Shown: piece by piece, positions 26,130 through 36,400 of the stretch
Layout: each line of letters begins with the position of its first letter
Position numbering within the stretch: position 1 is the stretch's first letter
Origin: a virus
Length of the DNA stretch: 64,000 nt
IMG/VR virus record: IMGVR_UViG_3300030380_006483
Reading direction: 5' to 3' (one strand)
Translations under genes and position numbers: made by a program
Notes under the pieces: generated by a model
What the model was told of the DNA's origin: nothing
Databases searched by the model: none
Seen by the model: the letters and a program-made list of their open reading frames with translations, nothing else

Positions 26130-29100
26130 ATGGCATTCGGTGGAGCAATTAATCTTAGTGCAGATTTAGGTAAAACAAAATCTCGTGAACCAAAAAAGAT
26201 ATTAGAAAATGCTTATAATACTTTAAGCAAATTTAATAAAGGTCTACAGAATGTATCTAATGTTATTGTATTTGGAAAACCAGCTGCAGAGGATCTTGCA
26301 AATGGTTTAGAAATAGTACCCGTAGATTTTGCTAAAAGTGCAGAAAGAAAAAAACTAACAGCTGCAATTAGAAATATTGGTTCAAACCCTTCATTATTTA
26401 ATACAACTAGAACCCTTCAGGTAATTAATACATATGATGTTTGTAACCCACTTCAATTTATTGTATCACAAGTTTTCCCCGCTGATAGTCCTGTAGCAAA
26501 TGTCCTTGCAGATGCACAAGAATTTATAGATAAAATAGTAGGTACTTTTAGGGATACTACATTAATAGAGGGTGATTTTGAAATAGAAGCCTTTACGGTT
26601 CTTGATTTTTTAACACAAGAAATAGAATCTATCCCATTCAAAACGGGCAATATTGTACTAGCTACTACTGGTGATATTTCTTTAAAAACTAACCAAGAAG
26701 GAATACCTGAAACAGGTAGAGATAAAAATAAACTTGCTAATGGTACTTATGTTACTATAAGACAAACTGATGATGCTGGTGTGGATGCTACAATGAGAGG
26801 ACCAATAATTAATTCTAGCCCCTATGAAGACCCAAATACTGGAGTTATATTAGGTACACAATATGCTATATCCGTAGAAACTATAAATCCTCAAAAGCCC
26901 CCATTTGCAAAAGATGATCAAGGAAATCCTCTTATAGATGAAACTGGAGAACCTATTCTTGCTACATTTCAAAACTTTATAATATCAGGCCAATCAAAAC
27001 TTTCATCAGATGTTAATGAAATAGGTGATAGTTTAGTTAGTATAGCAAATGACTTAAGAAATCTTGATTTTATAAGATTAAATCAAATTGTACAAAGACT
27101 TCCATCTTCTATAAAAGGTATGAATAAATTTAAAAAGGCTATAAAAAAAATAGCGGAGGAAGTTGAATCTATTAATAAAAGAACTAGTGGGCCTACTGAT
27201 ACTCTTCAAACAACGGGGTTATTACTTGCTTCTGATTTCACAAAAGGACCGGCAGGGTTTACAACAGAAGAAGCAATTGCAAAATCTAGAACTTTAAGGG
27301 AAGCTTATAGAGATATTCTTCCTTTTACTAATATAAAATTTGCCATACAAGAAAAATTTAAAAAAGAAATTGAAGATGTAAATAGAGTTTTAAGAGATTT
27401 TATACCATATGAAGACTTAGCAAATGTTTTTAGATGGCTTACTAGTACTACTAGAACAATCACTACAGCAATTGATTTTATTTTAGCTCTTCTACTTAGT
27501 GTTAATAATATTGTAAAAATAATAGTAATAGTTCTCAAAGTACTAGATGTAGTACTACAGGTTCTTGAATTCTTTATAGGAACTATTCCAATTCCTCCAT
27601 TCTTCCCTATGAAGGGGGTTGAAGCACCAACTAATACTAAAAAATCATTAAGAGATGCTATTGGTAGAGCTATTGATTTACTAACTAAAATAGCTAAAGA
27701 ATTTGATGTAACAATTGGATTACTAACATTCATTAGATTCTATTTAGAATCATTGATAAAAGAAACTGTTAAATTAGCTGCTACATTAGATAGTTGTCGT
27801 AAAATTAATAGAGCCCAAGATGATTTACAATCACAAATAAACAATGCAAATAAAGATGCTTATCTAGCTTATGTAAAATTAATTGAAGGAGTACCAGGTT
27901 TAAATAAATTTGAATTTGGGCAATTTGGGACAGCAATATCTAATAGAACAGGAGCTCAAACATTTGTAAGATTAGAAGATGGTAATATATTAATATTTCC
28001 CGATTCTGTATTTGGTTATGATGAAGATGGAAATATTTTATTTTATGGAGAATTATCTTCATTAGCTACAGGAATTTCATTTGAAACTACTTTAGGACAG
28101 GACTTTAGAAGTAGACTTCAATATTATACTTTTAATAAATTTGATGCTGCAAAACATGGTGCATTAATCCAATCAGCAGATAATTTATACTTAGATGATC
28201 AAGGTATAGCCGATCCTGAAGATGCATTTGGTAATTTCCAAGAAATATTTTTAGGATATACTTTAAAAATTCAAGAGGATAAACCCATAGATAAAAATAA
28301 AAATAATCTTCTTAGAAGAAGAGGGATAGCCCTAGATTCGGAAAACAATATAGTGGCAGCTACTGAATTAACCTTTTCTGACGATTTACCAGGTATAGTT
28401 AATGAATTAAAATATAAAGTAAGAGTTAGAGTAGATCAGGGTATTATAGGAATTAATACACTTGATAAAGAACCAAACCAAATAAGTGATTCTGAAGCTA
28501 TTAATTTAGCAGAAGATATAGGTACAAATCCACTATTACTTAACAACCTAAAAGCGGGAGCAAACAATAGATCTCTTGGTAATATATCTTCGGGTCAGGC
28601 AGGTAATGAAATAGAAGGTAAATCTATTGATCCAAATGATCCTGTAGAAACAAGAATAGGAGGAGGTTCTTTTGTTAAAGATCCTTATATGGGAGATGGA
28701 GATTCATTTGGTGCTAGTAGCATTCAGGATGGAGAATCTGATAGAAGATATATAGATACTACTACTATATTAAGTGAAATAATAGAAGAACAACAAGATG
28801 GTGACCCTAAAGTACAATCTATAAGAAATGTATTTTCAGTACTTAACTCAGTAGATCCAAAAACAATAAGTAATCTTCTTAAATCCCCTGGTTCACAAAA
28901 CTTGACTGATTCAGAATTATTTAATACATTAAAGGAACAAGTACTAAGTTCTGTTGACCCTAATCCTGTAAAAGTTGATGAAGTTAAGAAAAAAACAGAA
29001 TTATGGTATGAAGGTTTAAGAGAATCTACAAGAATAGATTGGGAACAATTAACATTAAATTATAGACCTCCTAGAAGACCTGCTCCACCACCATATGAAA

Positions 29101-29294
29101 CATATTTTACAGAAATAGAACAGCAGGCATTGCCGGCATGGGTTAGAAAATTACTAAGATCTGGTTATACTGAAACTGAAATTCAAACAGGTATTAGTGA
29201 TCCTGATATAAGAGACAAATATACAATAAAAATTGGCCCAGAACCTTCAAAAGTTAAGGTAACATTACGTCCAGCATTTAGAAGAAAAAGATAA
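26130..29294 (+). CDS. Large hypothetical structural protein
   Basis: 1054-aa ORF in the baseplate block; central helical and hydrophobic segment. Confidence 0.8.
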   Translation: MAFGGAINLSADLGKTKSREPKKILENAYNTLSKFNKGLQNVSNVIVFGKPAAEDLANGLEIVPVDFAKSAERKKLTAAIRNIGSNPSLFNTTRTLQVINTYDVCNPLQFIVSQVFPADSPVANVLADAQEFIDKIVGTFRDTTLIEGDFEIEAFTVLDFLTQEIESIPFKTGNIVLATTGDISLKTNQEGIPETGRDKNKLANGTYVTIRQTDDAGVDATMRGPIINSSPYEDPNTGVILGTQYAISVETINPQKPPFAKDDQGNPLIDETGEPILATFQNFIISGQSKLSSDVNEIGDSLVSIANDLRNLDFIRLNQIVQRLPSSIKGMNKFKKAIKKIAEEVESINKRTSGPTDTLQTTGLLLASDFTKGPAGFTTEEAIAKSRTLREAYRDILPFTNIKFAIQEKFKKEIEDVNRVLRDFIPYEDLANVFRWLTSTTRTITTAIDFILALLLSVNNIVKIIVIVLKVLDVVLQVLEFFIGTIPIPPFFPMKGVEAPTNTKKSLRDAIGRAIDLLTKIAKEFDVTIGLLTFIRFYLESLIKETVKLAATLDSCRKINRAQDDLQSQINNANKDAYLAYVKLIEGVPGLNKFEFGQFGTAISNRTGAQTFVRLEDGNILIFPDSVFGYDEDGNILFYGELSSLATGISFETTLGQDFRSRLQYYTFNKFDAAKHGALIQSADNLYLDDQGIADPEDAFGNFQEIFLGYTLKIQEDKPIDKNKNNLLRRRGIALDSENNIVAATELTFSDDLPGIVNELKYKVRVRVDQGIIGINTLDKEPNQISDSEAINLAEDIGTNPLLLNNLKAGANNRSLGNISSGQAGNEIEGKSIDPNDPVETRIGGGSFVKDPYMGDGDSFGASSIQDGESDRRYIDTTTILSEIIEEQQDGDPKVQSIRNVFSVLNSVDPKTISNLLKSPGSQNLTDSELFNTLKEQVLSSVDPNPVKVDEVKKKTELWYEGLRESTRIDWEQLTLNYRPPRRPAPPPYETYFTEIEQQALPAWVRKLLRSGYTETEIQTGISDPDIRDKYTIKIGPEPSKVKVTLRPAFRRKR

Positions 29295-29313
29295 TATATA
29301 AATATTTATAATC

Positions 29314-29796
29314 ATGAAATTAGAAGCTTTTAGAAAAATAATTAGAGAGGAAGTAAGAGGTGTAATTAAAGAAGAATTATCTTTAATTATGCAAACTCCT
29401 ATCACTGAAACTAAAATAGTTCAGAAGCCGGTTGTAGCACAAAAATCAAAAAATCACTCGCTATCTGAATTAATTGAAGAAACACCTAAAGAAGAAATAC
29501 CTAAACACGAAACCACGGCATTTTCAAAACCCTTATTTGAAGGAGTTGGTGCCTTAGCGGATGTTTTAAACCAAACACATGTTGAAGGTGGTTGGAGAAA
29601 TCTTAATGGTGGAATGTCATCACAAGATGCTGTAGGATTCCAAGGTGGTATGCCCGGAACACCTACTAAAGTAGTAGATTCTGTTGATGCAATGATATCA
29701 AACCAAAAAACATCTGATATAAATCAAGTTTCAATTGATGCCGTACCAGATTTTTCAGGTTTAATGGGCACTTTAAAAAATCAAGGTAAAATATAA
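29314..29796 (+). CDS. Hypothetical virion protein with MKLEAFRKIIREEV leader
   Basis: ORF after ATATTTATA (29302). Confidence 0.75.
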   Translation: MKLEAFRKIIREEVRGVIKEELSLIMQTPITETKIVQKPVVAQKSKNHSLSELIEETPKEEIPKHETTAFSKPLFEGVGALADVLNQTHVEGGWRNLNGGMSSQDAVGFQGGMPGTPTKVVDSVDAMISNQKTSDINQVSIDAVPDFSGLMGTLKNQGKI

Positions 29797-30209
29797 TGCC
29801 CTATATAGTTAGAAATATAGATGTTTTAGAGCTAAAACCTAGTACAGGTATTGGTGTTTCAGTACCATTTGATGGTCCAACTGGGATAAACACTACATTT
29901 ACAACTAAAGATACAATAAAGTCAAATTTAATAAACTTTATTTTAACAGGTAAAAGAGAAAGAATATTTAATCCAAGTTTTGGTTCTGGAGTAAGGGAAT
30001 TATTATTTCAACCAATAACTGATGATATAATTGATCAAGTAGATAATCTAATTAGAGGTGGAGTAGAATCCTATTTCCCTACAGTTGACATACAAGATTT
30101 AGAAGTAACACTTCAACCCGAAAATCATAGCTTTAATATATATATAAGTTATACTATTATTAATACTAATATTGAGGATGAAGTTCAAATAACCTTTAAC
30201 AATGGCTGA
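29796..30209 (+). CDS. Baseplate wedge protein, gp25-like
   Basis: NLINFILTGKRERIFNPSFGSGVRELLF is the GPW/gp25 motif. Confidence 0.9.
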   Translation: MPYIVRNIDVLELKPSTGIGVSVPFDGPTGINTTFTTKDTIKSNLINFILTGKRERIFNPSFGSGVRELLFQPITDDIIDQVDNLIRGGVESYFPTVDIQDLEVTLQPENHSFNIYISYTIINTNIEDEVQITFNNG

Positions 30210-32073
30210 GAGTAAACAAATACAATACTTAAATAAGGACTTTGACGGGTTCAAACAAAAATTACTTGAATTTGCTCAAGTATATTATCCTGACACATAT
30301 AATGACTTTTCGGATACATCAGCTGGTTTGATGTTAATTGAAATGGCAGCCTATGTAGGTGATGTTTTATCATTTTATGGAGACAATCAAGTTCAAGAAA
30401 ATTTTATAGAATTTGCTAAACAAAGGGATAATTTATTATCATTAGCTTATACACATGGGTATTTCCCCCAAGTAACTACAGCTGCAACAACAGGTATTGA
30501 CATATTTCAACTACTACCATCTACAACAGAATTTGGACAAGTAAGACCAGATTATAATTATGCTATGATTTTAGCTAATGGGGCCCAAATCCAATCATCT
30601 AATGATGGAAGTGTCTTCTTTTACATAGAAGATCAAGTTAATTTTACATCATCAGGAAGTTTTGACCCCACTACAGTATCAGTATATTCTGTAGATAGTT
30701 CAAATAATCCTAACTTTTATTTACTTAAAAAAACAGCTAATGCCTCTGCAGGAACTTTAAAATCAGCAGAATTTACGTTTACTACACCTGAAAAGTTTGC
30801 AACTATAGAAATACAGGATACAAATATAATAGAAATAGTTAAAGTTACAGACAGTGATGGTAATACTTACCATGAAGTTCCTTATTTAGCACAGGAAACA
30901 GTTTTTGATGCTGTAACTAATATAGCATCAAATGACCCTACTTTAGCACAGTATAATGATACTACACCTTTCTTACTTAAAGTAAAGAAAGTGCCTCGTA
31001 GATTTATTAAAAGATTTCAATCTGATAATAAATTACAAATACAATTTGGACCTGGTGTTTCATCTGACCCGGATGAAATAATAACACCTAATTCTGATAA
31101 TATAGGTTTAGGATTACCATATGGAACGGATAAACTAACAACAGCATGGGATCCAGCTAATTTTACTTATACTAAAACTTATGGAATAGCACCTTCAAAT
31201 ACTACATTAACAGTAGAATATTTGGTAGGAGGTGGTGCCTCATCTAATGTTTCAGTACAATCTTTAACAATATTAGATTCTGGTTCTGTATCTTTCTTTG
31301 GATCAGGATTAGATAATACGTTAAAAACTACAGTTAGTGGTTCATTAGCATTCTCTAATCCAGAGGCTGCTACAGGAGGAGGAGATGGAGATACAAATGA
31401 AGATATAAGAAGGAAATCTGTAGCTCAATATCCAACACAGTTAAGAACTGTAACTAAAGATGATTATGCTATTAGAAGTTTATCCTTACCTTCAAAATTT
31501 GGGAAAGTATCTAAGGTATTTGTAACACAGGAAAATCAAGAAACATCACAAAATTCAGAAGAATTATATGATACAAATACTTTATCACTATATATTTTAT
31601 CACAAAATAATGTAAATGATTTAACAGTTGCTGATCCTGCTTTAAAAGAAAATTTAAGAATATTTTTAGCAGAATATAGGATGTTAACAGATGCTATTAG
31701 AATAAAAGATGCATTTATTATTAATATAGGAATTAATTTTGATGTTATTTTATTACCTAATGTTAATAGTCAAACTGTATTAAATGCTTGTATAAATGCA
31801 TTAAAAGATTATTTTGATATAGATAAATGGCAAATCAACCAACCAATTTTAATTAATAATGTTAGAAATGTAATTGATCAAGTAGAAGGAGTTCAAACAG
31901 TTAAAAAATTAGAATTTACAAATAAAGTAGGAGAATCAGATGGGTATTCAAAATTAGCATATGATATCAAAGGTGGTACAATAAATGAAGTAATATATCC
32001 TTCTTTAGATCCATCTATATTTGAAATAAAATTTCCTGATACAGATATATTAGGAAGAGTAGTAACAAACTAA
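30202..32073 (+). CDS. Baseplate wedge protein, gp6/baseplate-J-like
   Basis: YLNKDFDGFKQKL...YNDFSDTS, AYVGDVLSFY, RTVTKDDY; follows gp25. Confidence 0.85.
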   Translation: MAESKQIQYLNKDFDGFKQKLLEFAQVYYPDTYNDFSDTSAGLMLIEMAAYVGDVLSFYGDNQVQENFIEFAKQRDNLLSLAYTHGYFPQVTTAATTGIDIFQLLPSTTEFGQVRPDYNYAMILANGAQIQSSNDGSVFFYIEDQVNFTSSGSFDPTTVSVYSVDSSNNPNFYLLKKTANASAGTLKSAEFTFTTPEKFATIEIQDTNIIEIVKVTDSDGNTYHEVPYLAQETVFDAVTNIASNDPTLAQYNDTTPFLLKVKKVPRRFIKRFQSDNKLQIQFGPGVSSDPDEIITPNSDNIGLGLPYGTDKLTTAWDPANFTYTKTYGIAPSNTTLTVEYLVGGGASSNVSVQSLTILDSGSVSFFGSGLDNTLKTTVSGSLAFSNPEAATGGGDGDTNEDIRRKSVAQYPTQLRTVTKDDYAIRSLSLPSKFGKVSKVFVTQENQETSQNSEELYDTNTLSLYILSQNNVNDLTVADPALKENLRIFLAEYRMLTDAIRIKDAFIINIGINFDVILLPNVNSQTVLNACINALKDYFDIDKWQINQPILINNVRNVIDQVEGVQTVKKLEFTNKVGESDGYSKLAYDIKGGTINEVIYPSLDPSIFEIKFPDTDILGRVVTN

Positions 32074-32078
32074 TAAAA

Positions 32079-33140
32079 ATGGCAGTATATAAAATATTTC
32101 CCGAAAAAGATACTTTTATTTTATCCCAATACCCTGCTCAAAATACAGGTAGAGATGAAATATTAGAGGTTACAAATTATAATGGAATTAATGTTTTGTC
32201 ATCCGCTCAAGGTGATTTACCTGCCGTTACACGTGCATTAATTCAGTTTAAAACAGCTGATATAAACAATGTAGTTAATAATATAATAACTGGTAGTGCA
32301 TTCCAAAGTAAACTTAATTTATACCTTGCAAGTGCTGGAAATGCACCTTTAAATTATATGATAGAAGCTTACGCTATTTCAGGGTCATGGAATATGGGTA
32401 CTGGAAAGGTAAGTGATGTACCAAAAACTGAAAATGGATGTTCATGGGGGTGGAGAGAAGAATCAGGTTCAATGGCTTGGACAACAGCTGGAGGAGATTT
32501 CTATTCAGATAAATCTGGTTCTTCCCAAACCTTTTTATATACAAGTGATAAAGATATTTCAATGGATATTACTAATATGGTTAAACTATGGAACAGTAGT
32601 TCAATTCCTAATGATGGTCTTATCCTTAAACATACTAGTAGCATAGAATTTTCAGCATCATATGTTGAAACAAACTATTTTTCTATGGATACACATACAA
32701 TTTACCCACCTGAAATTGAATTTAAATGGGATGATTCTGATTTTGATACACCTTTAACAGTTGTAACATCAAGTGATTTTGTAGCTTCATTTACAAATAT
32801 TAAAGAAGAATTTGAGGATACTGCTATATACGATTTTAGAGTAAAAGCAAGAGATAAATTCCCTACTAGAGTATTCCAAACATCCTCAGTATACTTGAAT
32901 TCTAAAGTATTACCTACATCTTCATATTGGGGGTTAAAAGATCTAAAAACTAATGAAATGGTAGTTGACTTTGATACTTCATACACTAAACTAAGTGCAG
33001 ATAGTGGTAGTAATTATTTTAAAGTTTATATGGATGGGTTAGAACCCGAAAGATATTATCAATTAATGATAAAAACTACAGTTGGAGATGAAACTTTAAT
33101 AATTGAAAATAAAGATAACTATTTTAAAGTAGTTAGATAA
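32079..33140 (+). CDS. Structural protein, DNRLRE/CBM96-like beta-sandwich
   Basis: EKDTFI...NTG.DEILEV, RALIQF, DITNMVKLW...NDGLILK pattern. Confidence 0.55.
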   Translation: MAVYKIFPEKDTFILSQYPAQNTGRDEILEVTNYNGINVLSSAQGDLPAVTRALIQFKTADINNVVNNIITGSAFQSKLNLYLASAGNAPLNYMIEAYAISGSWNMGTGKVSDVPKTENGCSWGWREESGSMAWTTAGGDFYSDKSGSSQTFLYTSDKDISMDITNMVKLWNSSSIPNDGLILKHTSSIEFSASYVETNYFSMDTHTIYPPEIEFKWDDSDFDTPLTVVTSSDFVASFTNIKEEFEDTAIYDFRVKARDKFPTRVFQTSSVYLNSKVLPTSSYWGLKDLKTNEMVVDFDTSYTKLSADSGSNYFKVYMDGLEPERYYQLMIKTTVGDETLIIENKDNYFKVVR

Positions 33141-33484
33141 TGGCAAGACAAGAAATAAAACTTAATAAGCAAGTATTTGGAAAAGTATCTTATCCTAAAG
33201 TTATTGATACTGAATTTAAACAATTAGTTAAACCTGAAGAAGTTCTAACAATTGAAGAACCCTTAACTATACCAGAATTTTTTGCTGAATATGATAAACT
33301 GTTTTTTGAAATCCCTCAAAAGGGAGCAGGTTCACATGATGAAATAGTTAAAAGAAGTTCTGCTTACATAGGTGTAACAGGACAATCTGAACAAATACAA
33401 GCATTATTAGATGAAATAAATGAATTAAGATCACAATTACTATCGGCTCAACAAGAGATAGTTAACTTAAGTAGTAATATATAA
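33140..33484 (+). CDS. Hypothetical structural protein with C-terminal coiled coil
   Basis: 114-aa coupled ORF. Confidence 0.75.
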   Translation: MARQEIKLNKQVFGKVSYPKVIDTEFKQLVKPEEVLTIEEPLTIPEFFAEYDKLFFEIPQKGAGSHDEIVKRSSAYIGVTGQSEQIQALLDEINELRSQLLSAQQEIVNLSSNI

Positions 33485-36400
33485 TGATAGAAGAAGTAAG
33501 CATTTCTAGTGTTTCAGCTAGTTCTCTAGAAACACAAGTTTATTCATCACAGGATATAAACCTGTTAAATGAATTTGAGTTAAATAGAGACTTTGGGGCT
33601 GAACAGGATATAATTGAATATCATATATTTGATATTAACAATAATCTTTTATCTTCAAGTTATGATTATACAAGTTATAACACTCAAGTAACAAACCCTT
33701 CCAGTTCATTATATAATACCCTTTATATTAACCCTGACCAGGACCTAAATAATTCAGGATTTAATATAGGAGAATATAATGTTTTATATAAATTCTATAG
33801 GCCTGTATTTTTATCTTCCAATACTACAAGATATTTTATTAAGGAAATATCTTCGGATAGAACAGAGATCCAAATTTCAACTAATAATTTATCTTATAAT
33901 GCTGTAGGTACATCTTATTTTAATTATTTAACATCTAAAGCAGAAAAAACTTTTTACTCTGATTTACTTTTAAATTTTGGAGATAATAATACTTTAATAG
34001 CTGTAAATAGTTTATTAGATACAGAAGACACATCACAAGCTGGTATATTTATAAAACTATACGAACCACTACCCGCAGAATACAGTCTTAAAGATACTTT
34101 ATATATAGTAGAAGAGATATCTGATCCAATCTCATTTCAAGTTAATATTCAATTTACATCTGAAGAAACAGAAGAGATAGAGTTTTTAAGAGGCCCTAAT
34201 ACTAGCATTGATTTAAATGATAAAACTAATACCCCTACTAAATATTTTAATACAAATGAATTACTAGGTACAGTTTTAACATCTTCATTCCAACAAGTAC
34301 AGTCTGTATTGGAAGAAAAGGGTATTTCTATTAATATAGATTATACAGACTATAATAATTTTGTCCAATTTTCATCTGCATATGATAGATTAGCTAATTT
34401 TAAACATAAATTAACCCAAATTCAATCCTTTCAAAGTGATTTAAATACAATAAAAGGTTTAAATCCATTAACGGATCAAACATCAATTTCTGCATCGGAG
34501 GCAACTTTACAAGAAAATATTAATACATTAATAGAACAATTTGATGGATATGAATATTTCTTATATTTTGAATCAGGAAGTAAATCATGGCCTAAATCAA
34601 ATTCAACCCCACCATTTAATAATTTTAGCGTAACATCAAATTCAGCTTCAGTTTGGTATGGTTCTAAAGTTGAAAGTGATTCAAATTTTGGAGGACAGAG
34701 TTTATCTGCTTCTTTATATGATACTAATAACTTAACTTATGTTTGGAATACATTACCAACTTATGTACAAGAAGATACTCAAAACCAAAATTTAGAACTA
34801 TTAGTATCAATGTTAGGTCAACATTTTGATACTATATGGACATATACAAGGGCTATTACTGATATAACAAATGCAGATAATAGAATTGACAGAGGTATTT
34901 CAAAAGATATAGTAGCAGATACTTTACGCTCATTAGGTATTAAATTATATACTTCCAATAGAACAAATCAGGATGTATTTACTACTTTATTAGGTATAAC
35001 TCCTTCGGGATCATTAGTCCCTGAAACTGGATCCTTAAGAGTAGAAACTTATATTTCTGCTTCAAATGAAGTTACACCTTATAATGATATAAATAAGGAA
35101 GTATATAAAAGAATTTATCATAATTTACCTTATTTATTAAAAACTAAGGGATCATATAGAGGTTTAAGAGCTCTCTTAAATTGTTTTGGTGTTGAAGATA
35201 CTATTTTAAGAATACATGAATATGGAGGAATTGAGAAAAATGTAAAACAAATAACCCAATTTTATAAAAATCATGTATATGCACTAGATACAAGAAGATC
35301 AAGTTCAGTTGAAATTCCATGGTTACCATCTTTAATGCCTATAGTAGGAGAAAATTGGGAAGATATAGAACAAGATTGGAATAATATAGAAGGTTGGTGG
35401 AACGGAACATTAGCAGAGGACCAAGTACCTGATACAGTACAATTTAGATTCAAAGCATCTAGTATACCATCAGCATCTTACGCTACTCAATCCTTATTTC
35501 AAGTTAACACCGGTAGTGCTACACAATTTGGAATACAATTAAGGCATACATCCGCATCATTTGGTGAAATGAAATTTATACTATCCGGTTCTCAGGGATA
35601 TGTAACTACTAGTCCTATGCTACAACCTTTCTTTACAGGAGGATTTTGGGATGTAATGTTAAGAAGAGATCCTGGTAAAACAAATTTAAACCAAACCGGA
35701 TCAGTAGATGTTACCTATGAATTAATAACTAAAAATAGCAGATTTGATGGGGATAATTCATTTATACAATATCAAGATTCTTCAAGTTTATTTATTTCTA
35801 GTTCAACTTCCGCTTCATATAATGAAGCTTGGAGCAAATACACTTTCTCTTCAGAAAATACTCATTTATTAGGTTATCTAGGAGGAACAGGAAGTAATAA
35901 TGTAATAGCACCTAATAATATTATTTTTGATGGTGAATTCCAAGAATTTAGATATTGGATAACTAGTTTATCTCAATCAAAATTTGATGAACATGTTTTA
36001 AATCCAACATCTTATATTGATAACGATTTAACATCATCCTATTATAATTTAGTATATAGACTACCTTTAGGAAATTATGACCAAATATCAGGTTCAGACG
36101 GAGACAATAAAATAACATCAGTTCACCCAATGGTCACAGGATCCTTTGCTCCTACAGGATCATTTTTAGGTACGGGATCATCAACAGTTAACTTTGCTAT
36201 TATAAATAATTTTACAGGTAGTAGTTTTAAATCCGAAAGTAGAGTAGATGCAATCCAAGGACCAGATTTGGGTGGGTTTGTTACAAATGACAACAAGGTA
36301 AGGGTATTAAACAACGAAATAATATCTGGTTCAACACTGTCACCGTATGTATCAGTTCAAATTAATCAACTAAGCAGTTCAGTAATTGATTACACACCAG